Positions 6,956 through 16,620 of a stretch of DNA of 44,201 nucleotides are shown here, one piece after another. Under the pieces are notes generated by a model that was not told the DNA's origin, made no database searches, and saw nothing but the letters and a program-made list of their open reading frames with translations. Source of the DNA: a virus (taxonomy: Duplodnaviria; Caudoviricetes); IMG/VR virus record IMGVR_UViG_3300020045_005005, positions 1-44,201 of that record. The stretch is one strand, 5' to 3'. How positions within the stretch are numbered: position 1 is the stretch's first letter; every line of letters starts with the position of its first letter. Made by a program: the position numbers and the translations under genes.

Positions 6956-7591
6956 ATGGAAAAATTCGAGATTACAAAAGAAAGAATAAAAATTTTAGAA
7001 AACTGCGTAAATGAAAATATGCATTTTATGGTAGTTTCAAACTTAAAAAATTGGTTTCCCAACGCTTTTAAAGAAGAGTTGAGATTGAATACGTGGTATA
7101 AAAACACAACTAAAGGATTTGATGATTTATTAGCTTGTATAACTAAATTTAACGGAAATAGATTTGATTTTTACGGTTTTGATGTAAGCGATATTTATCA
7201 AGAAAACGATTACTACGAACTTTCAGACCGAAACATTTCACTAAGGTTAGCCACCCCCGAAGAAGTACAAACCGCTTTAACCAAAGAAGCGATTAAAAGA
7301 GGGTTTGTTGATGGTGTTACTTTCAACCCCGTAGGATTTACATCTAAATTTAAAGCAATAGGTAATGTTGAAATAAAATTTAAAAGCGAATATAATGAAT
7401 TACAAATTTGGGCTGATTCTTTAGAATGTAAAGAAAGCAACTATAAATCAATTGGAAGAGGTTTTTGTGTTATCTTTAAAGATGGTATTTTTGGAAATAT
7501 AATAAACGAACAACAACCCCAAGAACTAACCCTCCAACAAATCGCTGATAAGTTTGAAATACCAACTGAACAATTAAGAATTAAAAAATAA
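6956..7591 (+). CDS. Hypothetical phage protein
   Basis: ORF track; RLATPEE motif and ELTLQQIADKF tail. Confidence 0.7.
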   Translation: MEKFEITKERIKILENCVNENMHFMVVSNLKNWFPNAFKEELRLNTWYKNTTKGFDDLLACITKFNGNRFDFYGFDVSDIYQENDYYELSDRNISLRLATPEEVQTALTKEAIKRGFVDGVTFNPVGFTSKFKAIGNVEIKFKSEYNELQIWADSLECKESNYKSIGRGFCVIFKDGIFGNIINEQQPQELTLQQIADKFEIPTEQLRIKK

Positions 7592-7624
7592 TTAAAAAAA
7601 GCTTTGTAATTAAAAAATAAACAT

Positions 7625-7730
7625 TACATTTGTATCACTCACTACATTACCAAAGAACTTATATTAGTCCTTGATGAACCCGAAGTAGTGAGCGGTGGAT
7701 TCAGGGACTAACTTTTTTATACTCACTATG
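7625..7730 (+). promoter_or_regulatory. Promoter plus structured 5' leader of the replication operon
   Basis: TACATTTG; stem TTAGTCCTTGA/TCAGGGACTAA plus T-run; loop GTAGTGAG is complementary to CTCACTAC (7638) and CTCACTAT (7722, overlapping the ATG). Confidence 0.65.
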
Positions 7731-8438
7731 GCAAAAGACTTACCTTACTTTAAATTTTTCTGTTCCGAATGGAGCGATGGCGATATAACTTTAGAGAGTT
7801 ATGAAGCACAAGGTTTATTTATAAATATTTGTGCTTACTATTGGAGCAATGAATGTGTTATAGAATTATCTAAACTAAAAAAGAAATTTAAGGGTTTTGA
7901 AGCTATAATAGATGAAATGATTAGTTCTAAAATATTAAAAACTAAAGGACTTTACGTTTCTATTTCATTCCTAGATGAACAAAAAATAGAACGTGAATTA
8001 AAGTCAAGACAAAACTCAGAAAACATCACAAAATATTGGGAACGTAAACGAACGTTAAACGAAAATGATACGAACGTATTAAATCCGAATAACGAAAGTG
8101 ATTCAATAAAGAGAAGAGAAGAAGAGAGAAGAGAAGAAGAGAATAATAAACCTATGGTTTTTAGTTTTTTTAATTCTTTGATTGGTTTAGGCGCTAATAA
8201 AGAATTGGTAAATGATTGGTTAAAGGTCCGTAAAAATAAAAGGGCCACAAACACAGAAACGGCTTTTAAAAGATTTATTAAACAATACGAGTTAAGCGGT
8301 TATAGTTTAAACGATGTGCTAGAAAAATGTATAGAAAAAAGTTGGAGCGGATTTGAGGCCGATTGGTATAAAAAAAATAATACGGTTTCGGGGCCAATAG
8401 GTAAGACTAACCAAAAAATAATGACTTACGATGACTAA
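7728..8438 (+). CDS. Replication initiator (DUF1376/YdaU-like N-terminus)
   Basis: MAKDLPYFKFFCSEW..GDI; internal iteron/purine tract; lies before the helicase; ATG 7728 preferred over GTG 7695. Confidence 0.7.
   Translation: MAKDLPYFKFFCSEWSDGDITLESYEAQGLFINICAYYWSNECVIELSKLKKKFKGFEAIIDEMISSKILKTKGLYVSISFLDEQKIERELKSRQNSENITKYWERKRTLNENDTNVLNPNNESDSIKRREEERREEENNKPMVFSFFNSLIGLGANKELVNDWLKVRKNKRATNTETAFKRFIKQYELSGYSLNDVLEKCIEKSWSGFEADWYKKNNTVSGPIGKTNQKIMTYDD
8041..8143 (+). repeat. Probable origin: iteron-like repeats plus purine tract inside the initiator gene
   Basis: ACGAA at 8048, 8059, 8070, 8092 (11-bp phasing), then an AGAGAAG-type repeat 8109-8143. Confidence 0.55.
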
Positions 8439-10257
8439 CGAATTTTTAAACATAGGGATTATTCCAAAAGGAAGTCGAGTTGAGCAAAAGTTAGTTTGTC
8501 CTAATTGCGTTAAGCTTGGTAAAACAAATATAAAAGATACTTGTCTTTCTGTTAATCTAAATACGGGCCTTTATAATTGCCATAAATGTAGTTGGAGTGG
8601 TAAGGTTGGTAAATCAGATTACGTTCGGCCCGAAATTATACAAACTTACAAAATACCACAAAGGCCCAATATTACAAAATTAACAGATGAGGCCCTAAAA
8701 TATTTTGAAAGTAGGTCCATAACTCAGGAAGTAGTTATAAAAAATAAAATTGCGTCAACAAGTGGCCAAGAAGCTTTTTTGTTTCCATACTTTAGAAATG
8801 GTGAGTTAATCAACTACAAAGTAAGACTATTAAAGGAAAAGAAGTTTTTTCAGGCTAAAGAGGCCGAGCCGATAATGTACAATTTGGACCGATTAAGTGG
8901 CCAAAAAGAAATTATAGTTTGTGAGGGCGAGTTTGACAGTTTAAGTTGGGAAGTTGCGGGGTTTGAAAATCATACTTCAGTTAATCAGGGCGCGCCAAAT
9001 GAAAACGATACTAATATCGATAAAAAACTAGAGTGTATTACAAACTGTTACGATGTATTTCAAAATGCGGACCTAATTTATATTTCAGTTGATAACGATA
9101 ATAACGGACTTAGATTGCAAAACGAGTTGGTCCGTAGATTTGGACCTGAGAAGTGCAAAATAATAACTTTCAAAGAATGTAAAGACGCTAACGAATACTT
9201 AATTAAGTACGGGGCCTATGAGTTGGCCCAAAGATTGAAAGACGCTAAAGATGTAAAGATTGAGGGAATTTTTACGCTACAAGATAATTTTGATTCAATG
9301 ATGAATGGTTTTGAGAATGGCCAACAAAGGGGCCAAACAACATACATCGATGACGTTGATAAGGCTTGGAAGTGGCGGACCACAGAAGTAAATGTTTGGA
9401 GTGGTTATCAAAACGAGGGTAAGTCTTTATTTTTAAATCAACTCTCTGTTATTAAATCATATTTTGATGGCGATAAGTTTGCGGTTTTCAGTCCTGAGAA
9501 TATGCCAATGGATGACTTTTATAATGATTTAATTGAAATGTTTATAGGGACCACAACGGACCCGTTTTATAAAGATGCACAAATGAGTAAGGGCCAATAT
9601 TTAGAAGCGATGACTTTTATAGACAAACACTTCTTTTTGGTTTATCCTGATTTTGATTTTACACTTCAAACTATTTTGGATAAGGTTAAATACTTGGTCC
9701 GTAAACAAGGAATAAATCATTTAATAATTGACCCGTACAATACAATTGAGCATTTAATGAAACCAAACGAACGTGAGGACCTATACATTAGTAGATTTAT
9801 GGCCACGTTAAAAAGATTTGCAATAGAACAAAATATATCTATTCATTTGGTGGCCCACCAAATTACACAAAGGCCAAATAAAGATGATGGGGGCCGATTA
9901 CCTAAACCGTTATTAAATAACATTAAAGGTGGAGGTACTTTTGCCGATAAGGCCGATAATGTTTTATTTGTTTGGAGGCCCAATAGATTGATTGACTTTC
10001 GAGATAATGAAGTAATTTTCGGGTCCCAAAAAATAAAGAAACAAAAATTAGTTGCAAGGCCGTGCGACATTGATAAGATTACATTTGAATTTAAAGAGAA
10101 TAGGTATTATTTTAATGGCGTTTGTGGATTCTCTAAGATTGATAAGGACCGAGATAAAAAGAAAGAGCCTATTATAGATACGCCATTTGAAATGATTGAC
10201 GAAAAACATTTAGTAACTAATTTTAAGGACCTACCATTCGATGACTGCCCGTTTTGA
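8431..10257 (+). CDS. Bifunctional primase-helicase (T7 gp4/Twinkle-like)
   Basis: Zn finger CPNC...CHKC, TOPRIM CEGEFD/DNDNNG, Walker A GYQNEGKS, IIDPYN, VAH, DKADN. Confidence 0.9.
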   Translation: MTNEFLNIGIIPKGSRVEQKLVCPNCVKLGKTNIKDTCLSVNLNTGLYNCHKCSWSGKVGKSDYVRPEIIQTYKIPQRPNITKLTDEALKYFESRSITQEVVIKNKIASTSGQEAFLFPYFRNGELINYKVRLLKEKKFFQAKEAEPIMYNLDRLSGQKEIIVCEGEFDSLSWEVAGFENHTSVNQGAPNENDTNIDKKLECITNCYDVFQNADLIYISVDNDNNGLRLQNELVRRFGPEKCKIITFKECKDANEYLIKYGAYELAQRLKDAKDVKIEGIFTLQDNFDSMMNGFENGQQRGQTTYIDDVDKAWKWRTTEVNVWSGYQNEGKSLFLNQLSVIKSYFDGDKFAVFSPENMPMDDFYNDLIEMFIGTTTDPFYKDAQMSKGQYLEAMTFIDKHFFLVYPDFDFTLQTILDKVKYLVRKQGINHLIIDPYNTIEHLMKPNEREDLYISRFMATLKRFAIEQNISIHLVAHQITQRPNKDDGGRLPKPLLNNIKGGGTFADKADNVLFVWRPNRLIDFRDNEVIFGSQKIKKQKLVARPCDIDKITFEFKENRYYFNGVCGFSKIDKDRDKKKEPIIDTPFEMIDEKHLVTNFKDLPFDDCPF

Positions 10258-10402
10258 TTTGCTACAATATTGGCACGATAAAATATGTATTGACTTTGAA
10301 CAAGATAAAATTGAATTGAAATTATTTTTAGTGCTAGACAAATATTTAACCGAAGCAAAAGAAAGCTATTACAGAAACTTATTTATTATAAACTTAAATT
10401 GA
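10241..10402 (+). CDS. 53-aa hypothetical protein
   Basis: MTARFDLLQYWHDK...; overlaps the helicase end. Confidence 0.45.
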   Translation: MTARFDLLQYWHDKICIDFEQDKIELKLFLVLDKYLTEAKESYYRNLFIINLN

Positions 10403-10440
10403 TTAACACAAAACAATAACATTAACTTAAATTAAAAATT

Positions 10441-10995
10441 ATGAAACTACAAGAAACAAAAAAAATCTATGATAGCATTTTAAAAATTGCTAGAAAAAAC
10501 AATGACATTTTAAATTATGACTTTAAAGATTTAGAATTAAGAGCAAAAAATCATTTATTTGGCATAGAGTTAAAAGAGGTTTATGGACTTAATATTGACG
10601 AAAAAATATTTAGAAACACTAGGTATCAAGAATTAAAAAACAACGTTCATCTTACATTTATTGATAGCGAAACTACGACTATTAGTTGGGAGGACGATGG
10701 TAAGGAACCTAAAGGAGAAACATTAATTAAATTTAGTTATCCAACGGGGGCTTATATTTTTGGAGGAGATTATCCAAAAGATTTTTTTCAAAAGTTTTTC
10801 TTAGAATTAAAATCTTATAATCCAGACTACTGTGATAGTATGAATAAATCTCTTTATTTTAAATTAGAAAATTCAAAGGATATTTTTAATAACTACGATT
10901 CAATAGTAAAAAAATATTACGATTTAAATAAAGAGGATTTTAAACAAAGAGAAATTTTAAGAATTGAAAATGAATTAAAAAAATTAAAATCATAA
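10441..10995 (+). CDS. Hypothetical protein
   Basis: ORF track. Confidence 0.7.
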   Translation: MKLQETKKIYDSILKIARKNNDILNYDFKDLELRAKNHLFGIELKEVYGLNIDEKIFRNTRYQELKNNVHLTFIDSETTTISWEDDGKEPKGETLIKFSYPTGAYIFGGDYPKDFFQKFFLELKSYNPDYCDSMNKSLYFKLENSKDIFNNYDSIVKKYYDLNKEDFKQREILRIENELKKLKS

Positions 10996-11013
10996 CCTTA
11001 AACCAATAGAAAA

Positions 11014-11316
11014 ATGAAAACAATCAAATCAAAAGTAAAAGACGTATTAACGAGTTATCCAAATTGCCGTGATAACAACCAAGAACTTTATAGAATGTAT
11101 TTAACACTACATACTAAAATGTCAGTAGCTAATTACTACTACGAAATCGCAAACGCAATTGTTAAAGGCGAAATACCAAGTCAAGCAACCGTTGAAAGAT
11201 TTAGCCGAATTATTCAGAATGAAACGCCAAGTTTAAGAGGTGAAAATTGGGAGTATAGAAAGCATATTCAAACTAAAATAGTTCAGAAAGATTTAGGATA
11301 TACCGTTAAAAATTAG
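11014..11316 (+). CDS. Hypothetical protein
   Basis: ORF track. Confidence 0.7.
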   Translation: MKTIKSKVKDVLTSYPNCRDNNQELYRMYLTLHTKMSVANYYYEIANAIVKGEIPSQATVERFSRIIQNETPSLRGENWEYRKHIQTKIVQKDLGYTVKN

Positions 11317-11328
11317 TAAATTAGAGTT

Positions 11329-11676
11329 ATGCAAAAATTTGAAAGAACATTACACGACTTAACAACATACGTTATAGCCTATGACGATGTAGCGCTAAAC
11401 GATGGCGAAAACCTAAACTATCTACTTCAAAAAATAAACACAACTTTGTTTTATTTAGAAACCGAAAGGTCAAACTTTAAAAAGCAATTTGAAAAGAGAG
11501 TTTATGAATTAACAACCGATAAAAAAATGACAGTTGCAAGGGCGTTAAATTTCGCTGAGAATGAAGTTCCCGAACTTTATATGCTACGTCGAATAATGGA
11601 TAGCGGTTATCGTATTTCGGATGCTATACGCACAAATATAAGCTTCTTAAAAAACGAGCGTAACAACTCAAAGTAA
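11329..11676 (+). CDS. Helical hypothetical protein
   Basis: ORF track; coiled-coil character. Confidence 0.7.
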   Translation: MQKFERTLHDLTTYVIAYDDVALNDGENLNYLLQKINTTLFYLETERSNFKKQFEKRVYELTTDKKMTVARALNFAENEVPELYMLRRIMDSGYRISDAIRTNISFLKNERNNSK

Positions 11677-11711
11677 TCGATTGATGAAGAAATAGAAAGG
11701 TATTATTAATT

Positions 11712-12083
11712 ATGAAATGCACAGACTGTCCGTATAACGAAACAAACGCCATTTGTCAAATTAAATGCGATTTTAAGAACGATAAAGCTAAAAAGGTAAA
11801 ATATCCTACTAAAATTAAAAAAGTTAGTAAGAAGCGAAATTTAGAAAACATACTTTACAATTCGGAACGCATCAAATTTTTACAATTACCTGAGAATAAA
11901 ATTTGCCCGATAACAAAAGAACCAACAACGGACGTACACCACAAAAAAGGTCGTATTGGTAGTTTATTACTTGATAAAAAATATTGGGTTGCAGTAAGCC
12001 GAAGCGGTCACAGATTTGTAGAAGAAAATCCAATTTGGGCAAAAGAAAACGGTTACTCACTAAACAGACTTTCGAATGATTAA
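11712..12083 (+). CDS. HNH-like protein
   Basis: CPIT...DVHHKKGR...VSRSGHRFVE. Confidence 0.6.
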   Translation: MKCTDCPYNETNAICQIKCDFKNDKAKKVKYPTKIKKVSKKRNLENILYNSERIKFLQLPENKICPITKEPTTDVHHKKGRIGSLLLDKKYWVAVSRSGHRFVEENPIWAKENGYSLNRLSND

Positions 12084-12414
12084 AATTGACATTAAACCGC
12101 TTTCAGTTAACGAAGCTTGGCGAGGTAAAAGATTTAAAACAGATGCTTACAATAAATATCAAAGAGCGTTATTGTTACTACTTCCAAAAGTTTATGAATT
12201 ACCATCACCGCCTTATGAGTTACATTTAGAATTTGGATTTAGTTCAAGTGCTTCGGATTGGGATAATCCAATAAAGCCATTTCAAGACGTTTTAGCCACG
12301 AAATATAAATTTAACGACAAACTTATCAAAAAAGGAATAGTTACCGTTAATCAGGTTAAAAAAGGTTTTGAGTACGTTAAATTTGATATAAAAACATTTG
12401 AACCGAAAGATTAG
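12076..12414 (+). CDS. rusA: RusA-family Holliday junction resolvase
   Basis: PLSVN and SDWDNPIKPFQD...ND motifs. Confidence 0.8.
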   Translation: MIKIDIKPLSVNEAWRGKRFKTDAYNKYQRALLLLLPKVYELPSPPYELHLEFGFSSSASDWDNPIKPFQDVLATKYKFNDKLIKKGIVTVNQVKKGFEYVKFDIKTFEPKD

Positions 12415-12534
12415 AGTTAAGAAAGAAGTTTAATAGTTTAATCGGGATTTATTTAGATTGAGTATAAATTGAGATTGAATGTATTTTAATTAAATTTAAT
12501 TATTATCTTTACAAAGAATTTAAAACTTAAAATT

Positions 12535-12921
12535 ATGAAAACTACAAAAATGAATTTTAGCGACTTATTAGTTAAGCACGATTATTATTGTTCTGACAAT
12601 TCTTATTTTTCTTTAGGATTTGACACAAACTACAAAACTTTTAATGACTTTTTATCTGAAATGGGAGAAAGTGATGACGATATGAATTTGGTTTTTAGGT
12701 TTGATATTAAAGAAAGAGACATTGAAGAAATAGACGAAAACACTTCAAAATATTATATGGAAGTTTTTATGGTTCATCAAAGAAAAGGTCGATTTGTTCC
12801 TTTTTTTATAGAGAACATATACGAAAGTGATTTTGAAGCAATAAAGATTTACCTAGAAAAAAAGTATTTAAAAATGCAAAAAATTTGGTCTCCATTTTCA
12901 GAATTAGAAACTACAAAATAA
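12535..12921 (+). CDS. Hypothetical protein
   Basis: ORF track; preceded by promoter-like TATCTTTA near 12504. Confidence 0.7.
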   Translation: MKTTKMNFSDLLVKHDYYCSDNSYFSLGFDTNYKTFNDFLSEMGESDDDMNLVFRFDIKERDIEEIDENTSKYYMEVFMVHQRKGRFVPFFIENIYESDFEAIKIYLEKKYLKMQKIWSPFSELETTK

Positions 12922-12927
12922 ATAACT

Positions 12928-13083
12928 ATGCCACAAAAAAGACGTCCAAAAGCCACGAAAGATGCTTTATTAATTCAAGTAAAGCGATTAAATGGAACAA
13001 CTAAATCAAAACAATTTCGAGTTGATAATTTAGACTTTGAAAAAATAGTTGATAGCGTAAAAGAAGTAATTAATTTAAAATAG
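12928..13083 (+). CDS. 51-aa basic hypothetical protein
   Basis: MPQKRRPKATKD... Confidence 0.55.
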   Translation: MPQKRRPKATKDALLIQVKRLNGTTKSKQFRVDNLDFEKIVDSVKEVINLK

Positions 13084-13089
13084 AAAGTA

Positions 13090-13509
13090 ATGGAAAGTAG
13101 AGAGATAAAGTTTAGAGGACTTAGGGAATATGATAAAAAATGGCTTTATGGAAGCTTAGTGACTGGGTTGTTTATAAATATAAAAACAAATACAAATGTT
13201 TGTAATATATTAGATACCGAGGAACACCCTCATTTTGATTGCTTTCAAGATTTAGACGAAATGAAAACAGACGTAATTGCGAATACCGTAGGTCAATTCA
13301 CGGGATTAAAAGACAAAAACGGAGTTGATATTTATTTTGATGATTTATACAAAGATGAATTTGGCGATGTATTTAAAGTTATGCAAATGGAATGTGGTAG
13401 ATATGCTCTTAAAATGTTATCAAACGGATATGTTGATGAATTTATTGATTGGAACCAAGTTGAAATTATCGGAAATATCTACGAAAACCCCGAACTATTA
13501 AATAACTAA
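13090..13509 (+). CDS. YopX-family protein
   Basis: REIKFRG, GQFTGLKDKNGVDIY, EIIGNIYENPELL. Confidence 0.9.
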   Translation: MESREIKFRGLREYDKKWLYGSLVTGLFINIKTNTNVCNILDTEEHPHFDCFQDLDEMKTDVIANTVGQFTGLKDKNGVDIYFDDLYKDEFGDVFKVMQMECGRYALKMLSNGYVDEFIDWNQVEIIGNIYENPELLNN

Positions 13510-13616
13510 CCCTATGAAACCACACGATAAAATAGAAAAGGCATATTGCATCAGTCAAGCTAAAAAAGTAGGTTTTGGAATATTTTATTAATTGTAATTA
13601 TAATTGCCTTAGCGTT

Positions 13617-13841
13617 ATGAAATTGTATAACTACGACTTTACAAAAAGATATTTAAATATATCGCTTATAACTTTACAAAAGAAAATAAAGAAAAAACAA
13701 ATTGTTCCGATTTATTTTAAAGGTAAAAACCATTTAAATTTGAAGCAATTTAACCAGCTAAAACCAAACCAAGAAACTATAATCGAAAGCCGAATGAATT
13801 ACGACTTTGAAACTTTCGAGAGTAAAATTAACTTAAACTAA
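13617..13841 (+). CDS. Hypothetical protein (possible HTH)
   Basis: ATG 13617 in frame with the tracked ORF; YLNISLITLQKKIKK. Confidence 0.5.
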   Translation: MKLYNYDFTKRYLNISLITLQKKIKKKQIVPIYFKGKNHLNLKQFNQLKPNQETIIESRMNYDFETFESKINLN

Positions 13842-13847
13842 AACGAA

Positions 13848-14090
13848 ATGGAAAACGCAAAAGAATATTTACAAAAAAAATACCCTCAAATGAGAGGTCA
13901 TTTATGGAATGCTACCGATATAGACGATAATTGGGTCGCTCAAATGATGACAGAATTTGCAGAAACCCACTTAAAAGCTATAATCGAAGAAGTGAAAGAG
14001 AAAGCTAAAGAAAATCAACATTTCCCAAGTCTTATAAATTTAGAATCAATAGACGAAGTACTCACTAACTATTTAAACAAATTGAAATGA
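13848..14090 (+). CDS. Hypothetical protein
   Basis: ORF track. Confidence 0.65.
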   Translation: MENAKEYLQKKYPQMRGHLWNATDIDDNWVAQMMTEFAETHLKAIIEEVKEKAKENQHFPSLINLESIDEVLTNYLNKLK

Positions 14091-14377
14091 TGGTAGATAT
14101 TTGGAAAGAAGATTTTGAAAACAAAAATAAATCAAAAATGGATTTAAGAGAACAATTCGAGAAATTAGAAGAAACAACATTTGAGAATAAAGATTTAGCA
14201 CTTGACCAATTAGAAAAAATAGCCGATGATTTTGCTATTGGATTTTCCAAGTGGATAGAGGATAATTACACGCATATAAAAGGCAAATACGGAAAAAAAA
14301 ATACGCCTTATTGGGATTTTGAGAACTTAACATTATTAGAACTTCTAGTAATCTACAAACAAACACTTAACCAATAA
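14087..14377 (+). CDS. Hypothetical protein
   Basis: ORF track. Confidence 0.65.
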   Translation: MMVDIWKEDFENKNKSKMDLREQFEKLEETTFENKDLALDQLEKIADDFAIGFSKWIEDNYTHIKGKYGKKNTPYWDFENLTLLELLVIYKQTLNQ

Positions 14378-14389
14378 AAACAGAAAATT

Positions 14390-14575
14390 ATGAATCGATA
14401 CTTTGAAAATATTATAATAATTGAGGACAATACTACTTTAAAAACAATTAGCGAATTAGATTTTTTACCAAAAACAAATAATCTTATTTACATAGATAAA
14501 AAAAGGTATCAAGTTACTAGCAATGTTTTTGACTATGACTTAAAAGAAATAAGAATTTATGTAGCTAGAGCTTGA
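14390..14575 (+). CDS. Hypothetical protein
   Basis: ORF track. Confidence 0.6.
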   Translation: MNRYFENIIIIEDNTTLKTISELDFLPKTNNLIYIDKKRYQVTSNVFDYDLKEIRIYVARA

Positions 14576-14612
14576 GAATAACGTTTAACCTAACCAATAA
14601 AAATAAAAAAAA

Positions 14613-14948
14613 ATGGAAACAAAAAAAGATTACACAAAAACAGACTACACAGATTTTAGAGAAACAAAACTTTTTTTTATAAATGAAAACCCTTTAGAAT
14701 TTTTTAGTAAAGAGCAACTTAATGTTATTTCAAAAACAATGGCTGATTGTTGTAAAATAGCAATAAAACAAGAAAAAGACCTTGACAACAAAACCCTTAT
14801 ACTCCCAAGTGAATTGCTAAAGATTAATGAGGAGTTGAAAAAAGCCAACGAGCAAATGTTTTCTCATATGCAATACTATATGGAATATTGCAAATCAAAT
14901 GAATATGTTACACCTCAAGATTGGTTTAACAATCACAAACATTATTAA
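14613..14948 (+). CDS. Hypothetical protein
   Basis: ORF track. Confidence 0.65.
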   Translation: METKKDYTKTDYTDFRETKLFFINENPLEFFSKEQLNVISKTMADCCKIAIKQEKDLDNKTLILPSELLKINEELKKANEQMFSHMQYYMEYCKSNEYVTPQDWFNNHKHY

Positions 14949-14965
14949 TCCAAATAAAAAACAAA

Positions 14966-15214
14966 ATGGATAAGACAAACGACGAATTAATAGCAACTAT
15001 TACGGTAAATGAATCAAATTTTAACCACATAGCTAAAACAGGAAAAATTAACGGTTCGCTTTTACAAGATATTAGACGAATATTAGACGAAAAAGCACAA
15101 CCGATAAAAGAACGTAAATGTCATATTCAACAAAAACTTGACGAGGCAAATGAATTGCTTTATGAAAATGGCATCAAAGAACGCCCTTATCGAATTGAAC
15201 ATCGTGGAGCATAG
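14966..15214 (+). CDS. Hypothetical protein
   Basis: ORF track. Confidence 0.65.
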   Translation: MDKTNDELIATITVNESNFNHIAKTGKINGSLLQDIRRILDEKAQPIKERKCHIQQKLDEANELLYENGIKERPYRIEHRGA

Positions 15215-15259
15215 CGGTTTATTAAATATTAAGTATAACAAAACTAAAACACAGAAATT

Positions 15260-15463
15260 ATGAAAAACGGAAATGGATATTCAGAACGCGAACTAGAATT
15301 AAAACTAAAAGAACAACATAAAAAAACTAGACATAACGCTATTGATTTAGTCCAAACACTTGCTGAAAAATATGAAAATAAAATTTCTGATAGTTCAGTG
15401 CAAGTTGTAAATGATTTGCTAAATGAAATTATATCAGGAATTCACAACCTTAAACAATTTTAA
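15260..15463 (+). CDS. Hypothetical protein
   Basis: ORF track. Confidence 0.6.
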   Translation: MKNGNGYSERELELKLKEQHKKTRHNAIDLVQTLAEKYENKISDSSVQVVNDLLNEIISGIHNLKQF

Positions 15464-15473
15464 CTCTTAACTT

Positions 15474-15536
15474 ATGAAAACACTAATTATCCTACTACTT
15501 ACATCATTAACTTACTCACAAGAGTTAAATAATTAA
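15474..15536 (+). pseudogene. Truncated signal-peptide ORF at the island edge
   Basis: MKTLIILLLTSLTYSQELNN* stops just before the putative IS end. Confidence 0.4.
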
Positions 15537-15544
15537 ATTATGGC

Positions 15545-15772
15545 AATTATATACTTGTGTAACCCATCAACGTTAATTTTCGCCCGATGCTAAAATACAT
15601 CATTTTTTTTGGAAACACTAAAACGTTTTGACCAACAAGAAAAGCAGTCGGTCGGGGAGTGCTATTTAACCGTTTACTCAAACGTTTACAATTCGTTTGA
15701 GATATTAAGACTAAACACTATTAGCGATGGTTAGTTTGCAACATTGCACAGTTCGATAAGTTCGCTAATTGT
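15545..15772 (-). ncRNA. Candidate multi-hairpin ncRNA
   Basis: Minus-strand TATTTTTG (15777-15784); stems ATTAGCGA/TCGCTAAT, CTCAAACG/CGTTTGAG, GACCGAC/GTTGGTC; no convincing ORF. Confidence 0.45.
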
Positions 15773-15937
15773 AATACAAAAATAGCCAATGAATATGTAA
15801 AAATAAGTAAAATAATCGTAACTTTCAAACACTTGAAACAAACAAAGAAAAATAAAATACAATTTTTTATTAAAATTATATACAACTTTAAATAAAAATT
15901 ATATATTTGTAACTTATTAATCAATAAACTGAATAAG

Positions 15938-16585
15938 ATGTTACAAGATTTACCTTCCGACAGCCTAAAAATAAAAAGAAGAGTAGCGACAGTAGATGAG
16001 TGCAAGAGGGACTTAGCTACACAACTACAGCAAATGTTTTTAGCTTTTTATGATGCACTTCGTATGTTCGACACTGAAATTAGTCAAACTCCACCCGAAT
16101 CGCGAGCAAGGGCATTTGAGGCGTCGCTTTTGAATTCCAAAATGATACAGTCTATTCAAAAGCATTTTCCAACAAATTGGAAGTTTGGTAAATACAAACG
16201 GTTTTTGCTTAACCTACAAGGCTACACCATACTTTTTAAGAAATTGAACGGAAAGAATAAGCCTATGAACGTTAAGACTTCACTTTCAACAGCAATACAA
16301 AATCAACATCAAGTATCTTTATTTGAGGGCGCACATATTTCAATCGAACCGATTTTGATATTTGGATATAGAAAGAATATCGTAGGAAAGATTCACGATC
16401 CAAAATTAGTATATATTGATGAGAACGAGGTGCGGTGGACGATTACTGAAAATTCTATTGAAAATGACGAAAACGGAATAATTACTATAAACAAACCTAT
16501 TTTGCCAATCACAACAATAGAAAAAGCAAAACCAACACTAAAGCCTACAGCCAAAGAGAAAAAGGCTTCAAATGACAGTGAATAA
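15938..16585 (+). CDS. Hypothetical protein, putative toxin/effector partner of the XRE-ImmA protein
   Basis: Own promoter TATATTTG at 15902; 35 nt upstream of the metallopeptidase gene. Confidence 0.55.
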   Translation: MLQDLPSDSLKIKRRVATVDECKRDLATQLQQMFLAFYDALRMFDTEISQTPPESRARAFEASLLNSKMIQSIQKHFPTNWKFGKYKRFLLNLQGYTILFKKLNGKNKPMNVKTSLSTAIQNQHQVSLFEGAHISIEPILIFGYRKNIVGKIHDPKLVYIDENEVRWTITENSIENDENGIITINKPILPITTIEKAKPTLKPTAKEKKASNDSE

Positions 16586-16620
16586 ATACATAATTTAACA
16601 ACCTACCTAATCCCACAAAG

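Noticed and set aside
13599-13608. TATAATTGCC, reverse complement of the putative IS left end
   Set aside because: Only 10 bp, on the wrong side of the element, and the two copies would not enclose the transposase.
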